A program made the position numbers and the translations under genes. Below the pieces are notes generated by a model. The model searched no databases. It saw nothing but the letters and a program-made list of their open reading frames with translations, and was not told the origin of the DNA. A DNA stretch of 64,000 nucleotides from the NCBI GenBank assembly GCA_964016885.1, contig OZ024741.1, positions 176,762,001 through 176,826,000 on the forward strand. The letters run 5' to 3'. The stretch comes from Eledone cirrhosa (lineage: Eukaryota). Positions 16,585 to 36,019 of this stretch are shown one piece after another; the first letter of the stretch is position 1; the number at the start of each line of letters is the position of its first letter.

Positions 16585-17388
16585 AAAATTAGAATTGGTG
16601 CTCTGAAATAGCGATGTATATATATGAATGTATGTATATAGTGTATTTTGCAATACGCTGTATGCTTAATTAAAAGCATTTGGAAGACTTTACGCTATAG
16701 TTTTAGAGTAGTGACAGTCTCACTTACGTTAATTTTCAGCAAACAGTGGAGATAAAGCTGACAGAGCCCTGTTTCGCACTTTTTGGTGCTTATCAAAGCT
16801 AAGTACTCCGTTTGTTTGCTGAAAATCATGAATGTTTGATTCTTATAGAATTCTAGTAATAATCAGGAACCGATTATACAGAGCGGTTACCGGTCAAGCA
16901 GAAATTGAAAATTAGAATTGGTGCTCTGAAATAGCGATATATATAAGAATATGTTTGCTGAAAATTAAAGTAAGTGAGACTGTCACTACTCTAAAATAAT
17001 GGCGTAAGGTCTTCGAAATGCTTTTAATTAAGCATACATTGTATTGCAAAATACACTATATATACATTCATATATATATCGCTATTTCAGAGCACCAATT
17101 CTAATTTTCAATTTCTGCTTGACCGGCAACCGCTCTGTATAATCAGTTCCTGATTATTACTAGAATTTTATAAGAATCAAACATTCATGATTTTCAGCAA
17201 ACAGGCGGAATACTTAGCTTTGATAAGCACCAAAAAGTGCGAAACAGAGCTCTGTCAGCTTTATCTCCCCTGTTTGCTGAAAATTAAAGTAAGTGAGACT
17301 GTCACTACTCTAAAATAATAGCGTAAGGTCTTCGAAATGCTTTTAATTAAGCATACATTGTACTGCAAATTACACTATATATACATTC

Positions 17389-17390
<2 letters not shown>
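16585..17390. mobile_element. Retrozyme-like ~320-bp non-coding monomer in tandem and inverted arrangement
   Basis: Periods of 323 (16585/16908, minus sense) and 319 (16952/17271, plus sense). One HHR per monomer, flanked by (TA)n. Confidence 0.8.
17216..17260 (+). ncRNA. Type I hammerhead ribozyme, U3-A8 core variant (inverted copy at 16756-16800)
   Basis: AGCT TTGATAA GCAC CAAAAA GTGC GAAA CAG AGCT CTG TC AGCT; all three stems pair. Confidence 0.85.
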
Positions 17391-17464
<74 letters not shown>

Positions 17465-17489
17465 GTTAAAATACTGGAGCGTGTTGGAG

Positions 17490-17523
<34 letters not shown>

Positions 17524-17524
17524 G

Positions 17525-17617
<93 letters not shown>

Positions 17618-19158
17618 ACATATGTGTATGTGTATTTGTGTGTGTTTGTGTGATTGTGGATATATCTATGTAAGATTATACGTGTATACATACTTCTCGT
17701 GAGATGTAGAACGACCAAATAGCGATATTTATAATACATCATGTTCTGTTAATGAAATAATAACTATACATTCATTGATAAGAGTCATTGAATTTAATGT
17801 ACCTGACAAAAAGCGAGCGAAAGAGTATAGATAGTGTCTAGATTATTCAAGGCTGTATATATTGATTAAACTGTTAAATGCTGTACCTACTCACGAGATA
17901 GACACTCAGTCTGTAAATGTTTATTTCACAGACACAATACCAATATGTTACATTAAGTGCTCCTATTAATTTAACGTTGATTGACTTACTTCCGTACTCT
18001 TACTTTATTGTCTGTCTCTTATGCAATTCAATTCTTAATCAGATACGTACATAAATTACATGCATACATACGTACATACATACATACAACAATTCTGTTT
18101 CTAATAACTGAATATAGACTTGTACAGATTCAAAGCATATGAACATGCATACATACAACTCAAAACATCCACATCCACACATACAATAACATCCATACCT
18201 GCATACACATGCATACATGCAGACATACACACATGTCTACCTAGTTGATGTTGTGCAAATTACAATGAGAGCGTCTTGCATCTATGTTAGAAACCCGCTC
18301 TCTCTCTCTCTATTTACAAACATTTGCGAAATTATAAAACCAGAAGAGCATACAAATATACATACATACATTGATACACATATACATATATTCGTATATA
18401 AATATACATATACATACATACGTACATACATATATACATATATACATACATACTTACATACCTGTATTCATACATTCATACATATATACATATATTATGG
18501 TTATACCTCAGTTTCGAGATTTGCCATCACTCGACCATTTTACACACGTGTATGGCACGAACATGATATTTCAGACTCTTCTAGGAGTTAGAGTCCTTTG
18601 TGCACATGTTGAAGCGGAAGAACAGAAGAAAAAGCCATGCTCGAGCAACACACATGGAAGTTAGTTAGATGAAGTGATGTGTGTGCTTGAAGATTTTTTG
18701 AGTGGAGAATGGCTTTAGACTGGACCAATTCTAATCTCTGAACAACGCTAACTGTTATCCAAAAAGGAAATAAAACAGAAATATCATTGGGCTGTCACTG
18801 AATCGCAGGATTTACATCAGAGTTGTTCCTTTTCTAGAAGGATGTGCTGAGAAGAATTAGGTGGCTCACTCACGTTGGGCTATTCACGCACTCACGCACC
18901 AAACGAACTATTACCATATCCAGGCGCATATATATTTATATAACTCAAATACAAAAAATATATGTTGAGAGGGGAAAAGAGTCATATATCTTTAGAGAAA
19001 CAGTATTATGTAGACATATATAATGCAAATACTAAATATATCCTTTGAAATTGAATTAATTCTGGTCTGAACCAAGGTCCATTGAGCCTATTTATTGAGA
19101 GAGATGATCATCATATATATTAGAATATGTATTGATAACTTAAAAAATTATAAATATG

Positions 19159-19192
<34 letters not shown>

Positions 19193-19243
19193 CGTGTGTG
19201 TGTATGTTTGTTTGTGTGTTTATGCGCGTGGGTGTGTGTGTGT

Positions 19244-19311
<68 letters not shown>

Positions 19312-19463
19312 TTTATATATATATGAAAACAGGGAGAAAGAGACGATTATTAGGAAGAAAAATATTTTTTTTTCCTTTTTTATTTCTCTTTTTTCTGGGT
19401 TAGAAAATGATTAAAACGAATTGTTTTACTTTGTGCTTCATTATTATTATGTTTTACTGTGTG

Positions 19464-19544
<81 letters not shown>

Positions 19545-19580
19545 TATATATATATATATATATAGTTTTAATATAGATGA

Positions 19581-19629
19581 GATTCTACAGGACTAGAACT
19601 GTTTCATTCTTTAGAAATCATCAGGAATC
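19581..19629 (-). ncRNA. Type I hammerhead ribozyme (partner copy 23854-23902 +)
   Basis: GATTC CTGATGA TTTC TAAA GAAT GAAA CAG TTCTAGTC CTG TA GAATC, with a U-U closing pair of stem II. Confidence 0.75.
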
Positions 19630-20098
19630 TGGGTATCAAAAAATTAGTATGGCATTTATAGGTCTCTTCAAGTGGTAGGAGAGGGTAGGGAGTGGGATGG
19701 GTGTAGGTCATTGGTTGATAGAAAAGGGAATTCATTAAAAGCTAATTCTTCAAATCTATAGTTTATTTTTAGAGTAACAAAGGCAGAAAGAATTCTATAA
19801 ACAAGTTCAGAATGGGATGCCACTCCTTATTTTTAAGTTTCTCTTAAGCTAACAGGTGTCTATAAGATCAGTGGGGGTCAGTCATGGTTGATGGATTTAA
19901 AGGAAAGGGAGATTCTTTAAAAGCTAAATTCTTTAAGGTTCTACCTAAGTGACAAAGGCCTAGAGAATTCTGTAGACAGATTCAAAATATTGAGTGAATA
20001 TCATATGATTATCTTCAAATTTCTCTTTAACTATTACTACTATATGCCAAAAATCAACATACACATTCACAAACACACTCACATACATATATACATAT

Positions 20099-20143
<45 letters not shown>

Positions 20144-20234
20144 TATACATATATATACATATATATATATATATACATATATACACATATACATACATAC
20201 ATATACATATATATACATGTACACACACACATAT

Positions 20235-20303
<69 letters not shown>

Positions 20304-20308
<5 letters not shown>

Positions 20309-22238
20309 TATTAAAAATAATGAATAAAAACAAAGAAACAGTTCCTTATATTACAAAATTCATCATTTTACGATCGTTTCTAGGATATATATGTTTGTGT
20401 TGGTATGTATATCATATGTATATCATATCTATGTAAATTGTTTACAAACTATCAGAGGGAATATACATACATACACATATATATGCTGTCTTCAGAAATA
20501 ATGATATTTGTTTATTGAAAAAAACCAACAAAGAATTAATATCATAGGTCTGTTTGGGAATTTCTTTTGAATTGACCAATAGAAAGGTAGTAAATGGTCA
20601 AGATGGTAAAATATTTGTAATAGAACTTTAATTTAGGGGTAGAGGAAAGCAGATTTCAGTTTTGAATGGAAAGAGTATGATGAATGAAAAGATTATTTTA
20701 GGGATGAAAATAGGTCAAGTCGGTAAAAAGTACATGAAAAATTGATGTTATAAAAGAATAATGCTAATGTAAATATCTAAGGAGAATAAAATTTTACGAT
20801 AAATGTATTAGTGAAAAATATCAATCTTATTTAAAATATAGAGAATTTACATCTATAAAAAGAAAATAAATTAATTAAATTGGTAGGTATATATATATTG
20901 ATAAATTTATATTAATGCATATAGATATGATAAATAAGACTTAGATGTAATTGAAGAGTGCTGTTAAAAACGAAGGGAAAATAAAAAAGTAATAATAATA
21001 ATTATTGGGGGGGGGGGTAAATTTATTAGTGAGAAATAACAAATTTATATAGATTATAAGGAACATAGAATCATAACCTGGAATTAAAATAGTTTATATG
21101 TATACTTAATGGTATACATTTTAGGAAAAGATAGCTGTAAAAGGGAAATAAAATTATGTAGTTCATTAGTAGTAGAATATTAATTATAGGTTAACTAATT
21201 TAAAAAAAGTGTTATTATAATAATTTCTAAAGTGTATATTAATTAGGTTTATAATATTTAAAAGTTCTTCTCAGTTTATGATTACATGATATAATTAATT
21301 CCTGTCGTTTATTTAATAGTATATCCTTAGATTTCATTATTTCAAACAGTTCCTGGGAACATAATCTACATTCATATCTATTATTTTGATAAGGGGTGGC
21401 CATTTTGAGCACACTCCAGGTCAGGTCATAATCTATATTCCTCTTTCTATAATTATTAATTATTTCAGCTAAAGATGTTGTATTAGCTAATGCGGCATTT
21501 TTAAAACTGTGTTTGTGGGTATTAAATCTTACTTTAAATTGGTTAGAAGTAGCTCCTATATATGAATAAATTGAGTCCTTAGTGTTAACTTTACATTTAT
21601 ATACTATGTTATTAATAAGGCAATTTCCTTTTAATGGCAACTTGCTTTGTTTCTACAGTTACAACCTTTCGTGAATGCTGTATCAGAGGAGATAGTCAAA
21701 TTAGGTGTGGAATTTTCACGACTTGTTGTATGTGATGAGATGGTGGTTTGCTGTAGTTTATTTTAGTATTATGGTTAGTTTGATGTATTGGTGGTATATT
21801 CATGTTTTTTTTTACATTTATATGCATTATAGGCACTTATATTTTGTTGTATGTTTTTGGTTGTTGAGTAGGAGAATTTAACCGTTGATCTATTTAAAAT
21901 TTGAATAAACAAATATCATTATTTCTGAAGAGGGCATATATATGTGTAGGTATGTATATTCCCTCTGATAGTTTGTAAAATGTTTACATAGATCTATATG
22001 ATATACATACCAACACAAACATATATATCCTAGAAACGATCGTAAAATGATGGATTTTTTTAATAAAAAGAACTATTTCTTTGTTTTTATTCATTATTTT
22101 TATTAATTTATCTTGACTCTGTTTTCCTGTATTTTTCATCGGAAAAACATTTTTGAATACATCTCTTTTCATGATATTCGGATTACATTGAGTCCTTCAT
22201 ACGGATTGGACACTACCGTACATTTTGGTAGATTCATC

Positions 22239-22240
<2 letters not shown>
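20304..22240 (-). mobile_element. Nested PLE insertion: GIY-YIG fragment with inverted pLTRs
   Basis: ORF 21239-21640 reads PLKGNCLINNIVYKCKV..SYIGATSNQFKVRFNTH..CRLCSQE. 20304-20520 is inverted at 21901-22108. Confidence 0.85.
21916..22053 (+). ncRNA. Hammerhead motif with ~100-nt stem II (inverted copy 20361-20504)
   Basis: TCATTATTT CTGAAGA ..long stem.. GAAAC GATC GTA AAATGATGG, with a 9-bp stem I. Confidence 0.65.
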
Positions 22241-22313
<73 letters not shown>

Positions 22314-22446
22314 ATTCTTGGGGAGGGTCATATTTGTGTAATATTGCCAGAATTAATAACAGAACACACTCACTGTTTGGTTGGTTTTCGCTTTTCGCTT
22401 CTGTGTCTTTTATATCGGTAATCTAATTTATTCGGTCCTCAATGTT

Positions 22447-23095
22447 GGATAAAATGAGATTTCTTAATTCAGTTCCCTAATGCATATACCAGCAGGCTAC
22501 CAGCATTGTTGTTATTCAGTAGCAGTGAAAATCTCCTTCTTCCTTAATTGACACATTATATCTATTAATACTACTACACCAAACGACCAGCCCTGTCCAT
22601 TGTTCAATTGGTCAAGTATAGATTAAAATAGGCACTCCCAAAAATTCTTATTTAGATAAAATAAACCATATACTCATTGTATTCTCATTAGAAACCTTTT
22701 AGATACGTGTTTACCAGTAGATTGAATGGCCATCTGTCATATACTATCCCCTCTCCTCTTCCTTTCTTACAACTGATATAAATACTTCAAATTTTCTGAT
22801 TTTTTTCCCAATGTATCCAATATCTCTGGTGAAGTGACAACTGATTATACATTTGCTATCGAATACTTGTTAACATTATATGATTACGCAAGCAGCGATA
22901 CATAGGCATTCCGTCTGTTACAGAAACATATGTCAATACCTAATAAATTCCTTTATAAAAGCACTTTCATTTTATATTCATCTTTTCTACATTTACTCCG
23001 GAATATAATTTATACTCGTTGAGCAAACCTACACGTACGCTGTTCATCTCTAACGTGACGATATATTATCACTACATTATTGATAACCTGAAATT
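22447..23095 (+). mobile_element. PLE pLTR fragment with variant HHR
   Basis: TATAAATA at 22777, then CTGGTGA AGTGACA..TGTTACA GAAAC ATAT GTC AATA at 22826-22938. Confidence 0.5.
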
Positions 23096-23101
23096 ATATA
23101 T

Positions 23102-23216
<115 letters not shown>

Positions 23217-24009
23217 GTGTATGTGTGTATATTTATGTGTGTGTATGTGTGTATATATGTATGTGTGAATATGTGTGTGTATATGTATATATATGTATAT
23301 GTATGTATGTATATGTGTATGTATACATGTATATGTGTGTGTGTATATATATATATGTATATATGTATGTGTGGGTGTTTGTGGGTGCGCGCGAGTGTGT
23401 GAGTGAGTGTGTTTGTGAATGTGTCTGTTGATTTTTGGCATATAGTTGAATAGTTTAAGAGTAATTTGAAGGTAATCATATGATATGCACTCAATATTTA
23501 GAATATGTCTACATAATTCTCTAGGCCTTTGTCACTCAGTATGACCTTAAAGAATTTAGCTTTTAAAGAATCTACCTTTCCTTTAAATCCATCAACCATG
23601 ACTGACCCCCACTGATCTTATAGACACCTATTAGCTTAAGAGAAACTTAAAAATAAGGTGTTGCACCCTATCCTGAACTTGTTTATAGAATTCTTTCTGC
23701 CTTTGTTACTCTAAAAATAAATTATAGCCTTGAAGAATTAGCTTTTAATGAATTCCCTTTTCTATCAACCAATGACCTACACCCATCCCACTCCCTACCC
23801 TCTCCTACCACTTGAAGAGACCTATAAATACCATACTTATTTTTTGATACCCAGAATCCTGACGATTTCTAAAGAATGAAACAGTTCTAGTCCTGTAGAA
23901 TCTCATCTATATTAAAACTTTTATACTCTGCAATGTATTGAGTACCTTACTTACTGTGGTTACCTCCGACTCAACCCGGAATAACGTATATATATATATA
24001 TATAAAAAA

Positions 24010-24190
24010 TAATTGTTTCTACTTTAGGCACAAGGCCAGCAAATACCCAGTGCATTACTGGTACTTTATTTTATCGACCCCGTAAGGATGAAAGACAAAG
24101 TCAACCTCGGCGGGATTTGAACTCAGATCGTAAAGGGACGTAACTATGCTGGAAAGCATGGCGTCCAACCCTATACCGATACTGCCAATC
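24010..24190 (-). mobile_element. tRNA-derived SINE (Nin/Deu core)
   Basis: Near-identical to 42003-42177. Confidence 0.85.
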
Positions 24191-24660
24191 CAAAATAATA
24201 ATATCGAATATGCTTGGCAGAAACTTTCTAATGCTTTGTCTTATAAAAAAAATGCTTCCGTATCTCAACTAAGTGACTTCTGTGCCACAAACATTTACAT
24301 ATAATTTTGTAATATGCGTATAATTATCAATAAACGATTCGATGTATTCATCTCTTCTCTTCAAAGATTTTCGAAAATGTTTCATAAAATGTTTAGATAA
24401 ACTTAATAAAAAAAAATGTTAAATAAGTAAAATTTCTTCATATGATTTTTAATCCATTTTATTTACATCGAAAATAAAAACGAATAGACAAAATACGTAA
24501 ACTAATTTTTTTTTTCATTCTTATAATAATAGTTACGCAAATAGTTAATATTTTCCTCTATATAATACCTATTTAAATATAATTGTTGAAAGGATAAATT
24601 AGGCCACGGTAATTGCAACTCTTCTTTTGAACTAAATAATATATCTCATAGCATTATAAT

Positions 24661-24775
24661 CAAATCCCGCCGAGGTTAACTTTGCCTTTCATCCTTACTG
24701 TGTCGATAAAATAAAGTACCAGTAATGCACTGGGATAATTGGTGGCCTGGTGCTAAAAGTAGAAACAATTATAAT
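24661..24775 (+). mobile_element. 5'-truncated SINE (Nin/Deu core)
   Basis: CAAATCCCGCCGAGGTTAACTTTGCCTTTCATCC..GTAGAAACAATTAT. Confidence 0.8.
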
Positions 24776-25327
24776 GATATCAGTTATATAAAAAAGCCAT
24801 ACCAATTGTTAAATATCTTTCCACACATAATATCAATTTAAATTGTACAGAAATTCTTTATTATTTAGTTTCAATTTGATTCTTGCATTCTAAAATATTT
24901 TTCTTTTGTATAATATATATCATTTTTAGTATAGTATTCATTTTACGCTAATATAAGTAACATATAAACCTTTTAACGCTGAATATTATTTATTTATTTT
25001 TTTTTTTACCAATCTATTTAAGTCATATTTTAAATTTCAAAACCGTTAAGTAGACTTTTCTCCCACTCACGTAACATCTCCTGTGTTGGGTTTTCTTTCT
25101 AATCATATGCTTACGTACCACCGATCTGTGCAACACGTTTGACCGCCAATATATCGAAAGATACATGCACCTACGATGCATTTTGTCTGACAAGAACATG
25201 TTTTGGATTATGTTATACATAAGCCTTGCATTTTTGAAATAGATATAATAAAATAAATACACATGATCTAAAGTAACTATTTTTTGTATATAATAATTAT
25301 TAGATATATATATACATATGTATATAC

Positions 25328-25380
<53 letters not shown>

Positions 25381-25392
25381 GAGTCACACACA

Positions 25393-25454
<62 letters not shown>

Positions 25455-25543
25455 GAGTCACACACAGACATATATATATATATATATATATACATACATA
25501 TGTATATATGTTTTACGCTTTCAAAGCATTTCAACCGATTTGA

Positions 25544-25635
25544 AACATATCTGAGGACCTTGCGAATGCAGAGTCAGGTTCGATCTGTAACAGATCCTGC
25601 CTTGAGCTGATCGTCGGAGAAATATGTCATATGTT
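25544..25635 (+). ncRNA. Hammerhead-like motif in a short pLTR remnant
   Basis: AACATAT CTGAGGA ..GAAA TAT GTC ATATGTT; 7-bp stem I, shortened stem III. Confidence 0.5.
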
Positions 25636-25764
25636 AATTGTGTTTTGATACATCGTTGATTCCTCTTTATCTATAATAATATAATAATATACTCTGCTCT
25701 GCGAGAGCGTCGAGTGCTCAAATATTATATATATATATATCAAAATAACAGATTAAAGTTTATG

Positions 25765-30936
<5,172 letters not shown>

Positions 30937-30952
30937 TTAGTTCTTCCTATAT

Positions 30953-31039
<87 letters not shown>

Positions 31040-31040
<1 letters not shown>

Positions 31041-31690
31041 CAACTAGAAATTGATTGACATATATATATATATATATAAAATAAACATATGAAATAATCA
31101 CAGGGGATAATCTGTAAAAGTGTGTAAGCACACACAGCTATGTGGTTAATTAATTAAAGTTTAACTAGAATTTCAAAAATTGATACCTTATAAATTGATT
31201 AATCTTCCACGTATATATTTCATTAAATAAATATATTTCACCAATTAATCGCTGGTGCGATGTGTGGATTTGTATTAAATGCAACACGTGCTAATAGTTA
31301 GTCACAGATTTGAATTTGATGTGTAAACACAGATAGTTAAGTCTTCTTCCTTGTTAAAAATGCAGGAATAGGCGTTTACAAATCGATTAATTGGTGAAAT
31401 ATATTTCTTTATTGAAATATAAACAAGGAAGATTAATCAATTAATAAGGTATCTATATTTAAAGTTCTAGTTAAACTTTAATTAGTTACCTACCTAGCTA
31501 TGTGTGCTTACACACTTTAACAGATTATCCCCTGTGATTGTTTGATATGTTTATTTTATATATATATATGTCAATCAATTTCTAGTTGACACAAAATGCT
31601 CGGATCTATTCATTGGAATCTTGGAGCATATTTTACAGTGGATATGGTACATCTCTCTCTGACATAACACCCTTAATTTAATTTAAATTT
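31040..31690. repeat. Inverted repeat (arms ~31040-31251 and ~31384-31589) plus tail, PLE-like
   Basis: Diverged reverse-complement arms within (TA)n. No HHR recognised. Confidence 0.65.
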
Positions 31691-31880
31691 TGGATATATA
31701 TATATATATACATATCAATATAATCTGATTTTTTTTAATATTAAAAATAATATTCGATTCGTTTGCAAACATCCCCTTTAAAGTCATTCTTGCTCTTGTG
31801 TTGGCATGTAAACAGTTTCGTTTACACGAAACTGACTGGATTTCTGCTGATATAAAAATCTTGTTGATATATATATATAT

Positions 31881-32180
31881 GTAAAAAGGTAAACAGAAAT
31901 AACAGCAAAATAGGTACAGTATATCGAAGGACTATATATTAGTTTAACGCTTGAAATAGCAGGAAGTGGGTCTTAACGTTTCGGACGCATGTCCTTCATC
32001 AGAAGAAATAATGAGAACTTAGAAAGATTGAGGAGGGGGGAGGGCTAATCGGAATAAATGTTTTTTGACAAAAATAACAGGTCCATTTATGTTGCCATCC
32101 TTTGGAAAACTTTTTATGCTGGTGTTTTGTGTATGATTTATTTTTTCAGAGCGCGAAAACAAAACGTTTTGTATATAGAA
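31881..32180 (-). mobile_element. Solo pLTR related to the 25765-29108 element, with HHR at 31971-32006
   Basis: Reverse complement similar to 28790-29108. TCTT CTGATGA AGGAC ATGC GTCC GAAAC GTT AAGA. Confidence 0.75.
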
Positions 32181-32227
32181 CTATTTGTGCGCGCGCGCAC
32201 GCACACACACACACATATATATATATA

Positions 32228-33008
32228 GGAACAAGTAGGACCCCGACGGCTGAGCTCAAGCCGTTTCGACTGCTAATTCTGGACTAAATGAAAATGTTTA
32301 TCCTGGTAAATGAATAGCCGAACTTCTCAGGGGGTAATTCCGTATATGGTAAATGTGATTGTCACAAGGATTTGTCAAAAGTTTGTTGTTGAGACACATG
32401 ATTCTATCATGGCATTTTGTGGAATGTAGGGGTAGCTGAACTTGCCAGTAGAAGAAAGAGGAAGAGGGAGTGGAGGAAACCCAGTCAAGCGTTGAAAGTG
32501 ACAACTACAGCAGATTCTAAGGATCGTTTATAGAAGGTCGAATGTTCGATGTATTTACTCCATTTAGATTTACTTATTGTTTCAACTTCCTCCCCCCTCC
32601 CCTTCTCCAGTATACTTTTTTCGACATTCTATACACTATCCTTAGAATCTGCTGTAGTTGTCACTTTCAACGCTTGACTGGGTTTCCTCCACTCCCTCTT
32701 TCTTCTACTGGCAAGTTCACCTACCCCTACCTTCCACAAAATGCCATGATAGAATCATGTGTCTCAACAACAAACTTTTGACGAATCCTTGTGACAATCA
32801 CTTTTACCAAATATGGAATTACCCCCTGAGAAATTCGGCTATTCATTTACCAGGATAAACATTTACATTTAGTCCAGAATTCGCCGACGAAACGGCTTGA
32901 GCTCAGCCGTCGGGATCCTACTTGTTCCTATTACCCACTCTACTACCCTAAGTATTGAGTACTTTGGTGCGTTATGGTCCATCTGGTTCCTTACCACATT
33001 TCCTTCGT
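32228..33008 (+). mobile_element. Inverted pLTR pair (~310-bp arms), long member of the 10387/12703 family
   Basis: 32228-32541 is the reverse complement of ~32620-32930. HHR CCCC CTGAGAA..GAAA CGGC TTGAGCTCA GCCG TC GGG at 32822-32915. Confidence 0.8.
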
Positions 33009-33012
33009 TATA

Positions 33013-33070
<58 letters not shown>

Positions 33071-33074
<4 letters not shown>

Positions 33075-34230
33075 AAAAAGGAACGGGAACAAATCAGAGA
33101 GGCAGTACGAACAAAGGATTATTAGTTTCACATTCTTGAGAGTGGGGTGGTGGTGGGGAACGGCGTTTCGGGCATAATCCCTTCTTCAGGCGAAAAGTGT
33201 GTGAGGAGAGGGTTCCAAGGGTGTGTAGGGGAGTGGGAGAGAGACATTTAGAAAAAAGGGAGTGAGAGGAAACTGTACAAATGAAAATACATATAAAAAC
33301 ATAATAAAAATAAAAATAAACATGAAGATAAACAACTGGTGGAATGATATGGGGCGTGTAGGGGTGGTGGCAGATGGAGTAGGGAGAGGCAGGCGAGGTG
33401 TCCGAGCGGGGAGGGCTGAAGATGGTGTGTGTGTGTAGTTGTACGTGTGTGTGTGTATGTGAATGTGAGAGTTGGTGGAAGAACGGGGTTCCATATTCAG
33501 GAAAAGGTGTGTGTGGCGCTGGGGTGTAGGTCGGTGTGTGTGCGCGTGTGTGGACGGGGAGGAGTCATAGGGGTGGGAGAGGCCGAGAGGATTCCGGAGG
33601 CTGAGTGTGTAAATATGTGGTGGTTCGCACGTGTGTGTGGTGTTTATACGTATTGTGGATGTAGGTGGCGTGTGGGAAAAAAGATTTTTGTGAGTGTATG
33701 TCCATGGGTAAGTTCCTAAGGTAGTTCCGTAGAGGGTGTTGTGGGTTGCCGGATAATTTCCTTGTGATGGTATTTATTCGTGGGAGCGATGTCCAATGTG
33801 TGCAATCCGTGGTTGGGTAGGTCGGAAGAGAGGAGATGTGGGGTGCGCGCGCAACAGGAGTGGTCAGAGGGTCAAGGCAGGAGGAGGGTTGTGTGTCTGT
33901 GTGTGCGGAGAGGTGGTCACAGATTCAGGGCATAGCCGCAGTGGGGGAGAATGGCAGGTGGAGAAAGTCGGTGTGTCAGTCTGTGCGGAGGTGCGGTGGA
34001 CAGGGGAGAGGATGGGTAGGTATGAAAGGTGGAGTGGGGAGGGTTGTGTATTAGTAGAGGTGTTAGTGAGATGTGTGTGTGTGTCTGAGAAGGGTTGTGG
34101 GTGGGGGGAGGCGGGAGGCAGAAAGGTGTGGGGCCGGAGGAGCGAGTATTGTCTAATGGTGTGTTTGTGCGTGTTTGGATGAGTGTGTTTATGGTGAAGG
34201 GGGTGTTAGTGGGTGTCTATTTATGTGTGT
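33071..34230 (-). mobile_element. Degenerate PLE 3' region with HHR-like motif at 33161-33192
   Basis: C/A-rich minus strand ending in CTGAAGA AGGG ATTATG CCC GAAAC GCC. Coding signal is weak. Confidence 0.5.
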
Positions 34231-36019
34231 GTATAATATTTTGGTCATTATATGAAGTCCTGGATTTTGAGCGAACGTGTACCCTTAAAACATGTTCAGA
34301 GAGATTCAGGGTCAAATAGAGTGTGACAAAGTTTTAGCTTTGAATGACTTGTCGATCTCGTCTTTTTAGCTATATGAACGTGAGAAACGTGAAATAAACT
34401 GGCTTATATGAAGACAACCTTCTATCCGGTCGGGGCGCCAAACTTAAGAATTTACAATCATGCGTTCTGCATCATAACCACCTCAAAATGGGCCTTCATT
34501 TGTGTACTTCTATTTATACAATTATGTTAACCCCTTCACTGCCATTTGGTCATTATGCATAGTTTTTTTATTTTGCTTAGTCTCTAATAATCCCTTGAAA
34601 GTTGAAAAGTAGCATTATCTCTCGATGCATTTTGAACCTAGAGCCGTGAGGCATTTTGTTGGAAACTAAACATATGTCGCAACTTTGAATAATGGTTTCC
34701 TGAAGCCATAATATAGTTGTTACTTAACGAATAAATTCAACTAAAAGTAATCTACCAACTGTTGGTTTGTTTGAAATATAATCCATTAAAAGTAAAGTAG
34801 TAATTGTCGTCATTGAATGAAATGTTTCCAATAGGGACATTTTTAGAATTACAACTGGATTGCTGTAAAGATCTGTCTTTTCGCCTTCCTTTACCAAATG
34901 GAATTTAATTTATCATTCAGTAGATTAGCCAAACATTGGATTATATTACCACATTGATAGTTTCTTCATGCACACAGTTAAATTGACAAATCAGGGATTG
35001 TGCAGGCAGTACATGTAAATGTACTCAATCTTTAACTAAGCAGATTAAAACCAACGACAATGTCAGTATGTTGCCTCAGTGTGAATAATTTCAAACGAAG
35101 TGGTAATGAGTGGTCGACGATTCTTTTCAGATTGTTCGTTGATTGAGCATATTTATCACAAAACTTCATTATAAAACAGTTTACACTTTGTATTTGTACA
35201 AACGTAAAACAAATATGTGTGTACAACGCTATTACGCTTGTCATTGAAATTCTCTAATTGAAGATTACTTTCCTGTCTCTGTAATTTATGTAGACGACAA
35301 CTGAAATCGACTAGAACCATCTGAAATGTTCAGCATTTTATTCAATAATGGATATCCTGTTAATTGTAAATGCTAGCTATTAACACTAAATTAATTTTTG
35401 TTATTGGCAAAATAAAGTTGTTATATTTATTTTGGATTCCAGTCAAATACGAAATACTCACTTTTGTTTAAATATATTGCCTTGTATTTGAATAAATACA
35501 TCGGTTACTAAATAGTTAAGATTTTGAAATATCGGTTTGTTCTTAAATTTTCAAGTGACGTAGCTGTCATTTGAGATCATGTAATGCATATTATTTGTGT
35601 TCATTTGTAGATTGCTCGTAAAAGATAATATTGACATTATAATGCATATAACATATGAACAAAAGAGTTATCTTCCTTCGTCGACCATTTGAAGTTTCAT
35701 ACACATTAACATGTATATATTTGTTGTTGTACCTCCGCAGTTCCCAACGACCAGCACTACAATTGATTCAAATAACACAACGGCATGCTCAGGAAATTAC
35801 CGTGTAGGTGGCTGAGAGTCACTTAGACCAGTTCTTTAGATTGAATATACTTTCCAATTGCAAACATCAGGCATAAATGCATCCATTTCAATGCACAAAT
35901 CCTAATGTTGGGTAATTTCGAATTAGTAAGGAATGAATACTCAAATATTCTATAGATGGATCATTGGAACGGAAAGAAATTCATCCTACCATCATTTTGG
36001 TATTTTTGTTTCATAGTTG

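Noticed and set aside
34255-34445. Mariner-like HTH remnant (EDNLLSGR)
   Set aside because: Too short and degenerate, and no TIRs found.
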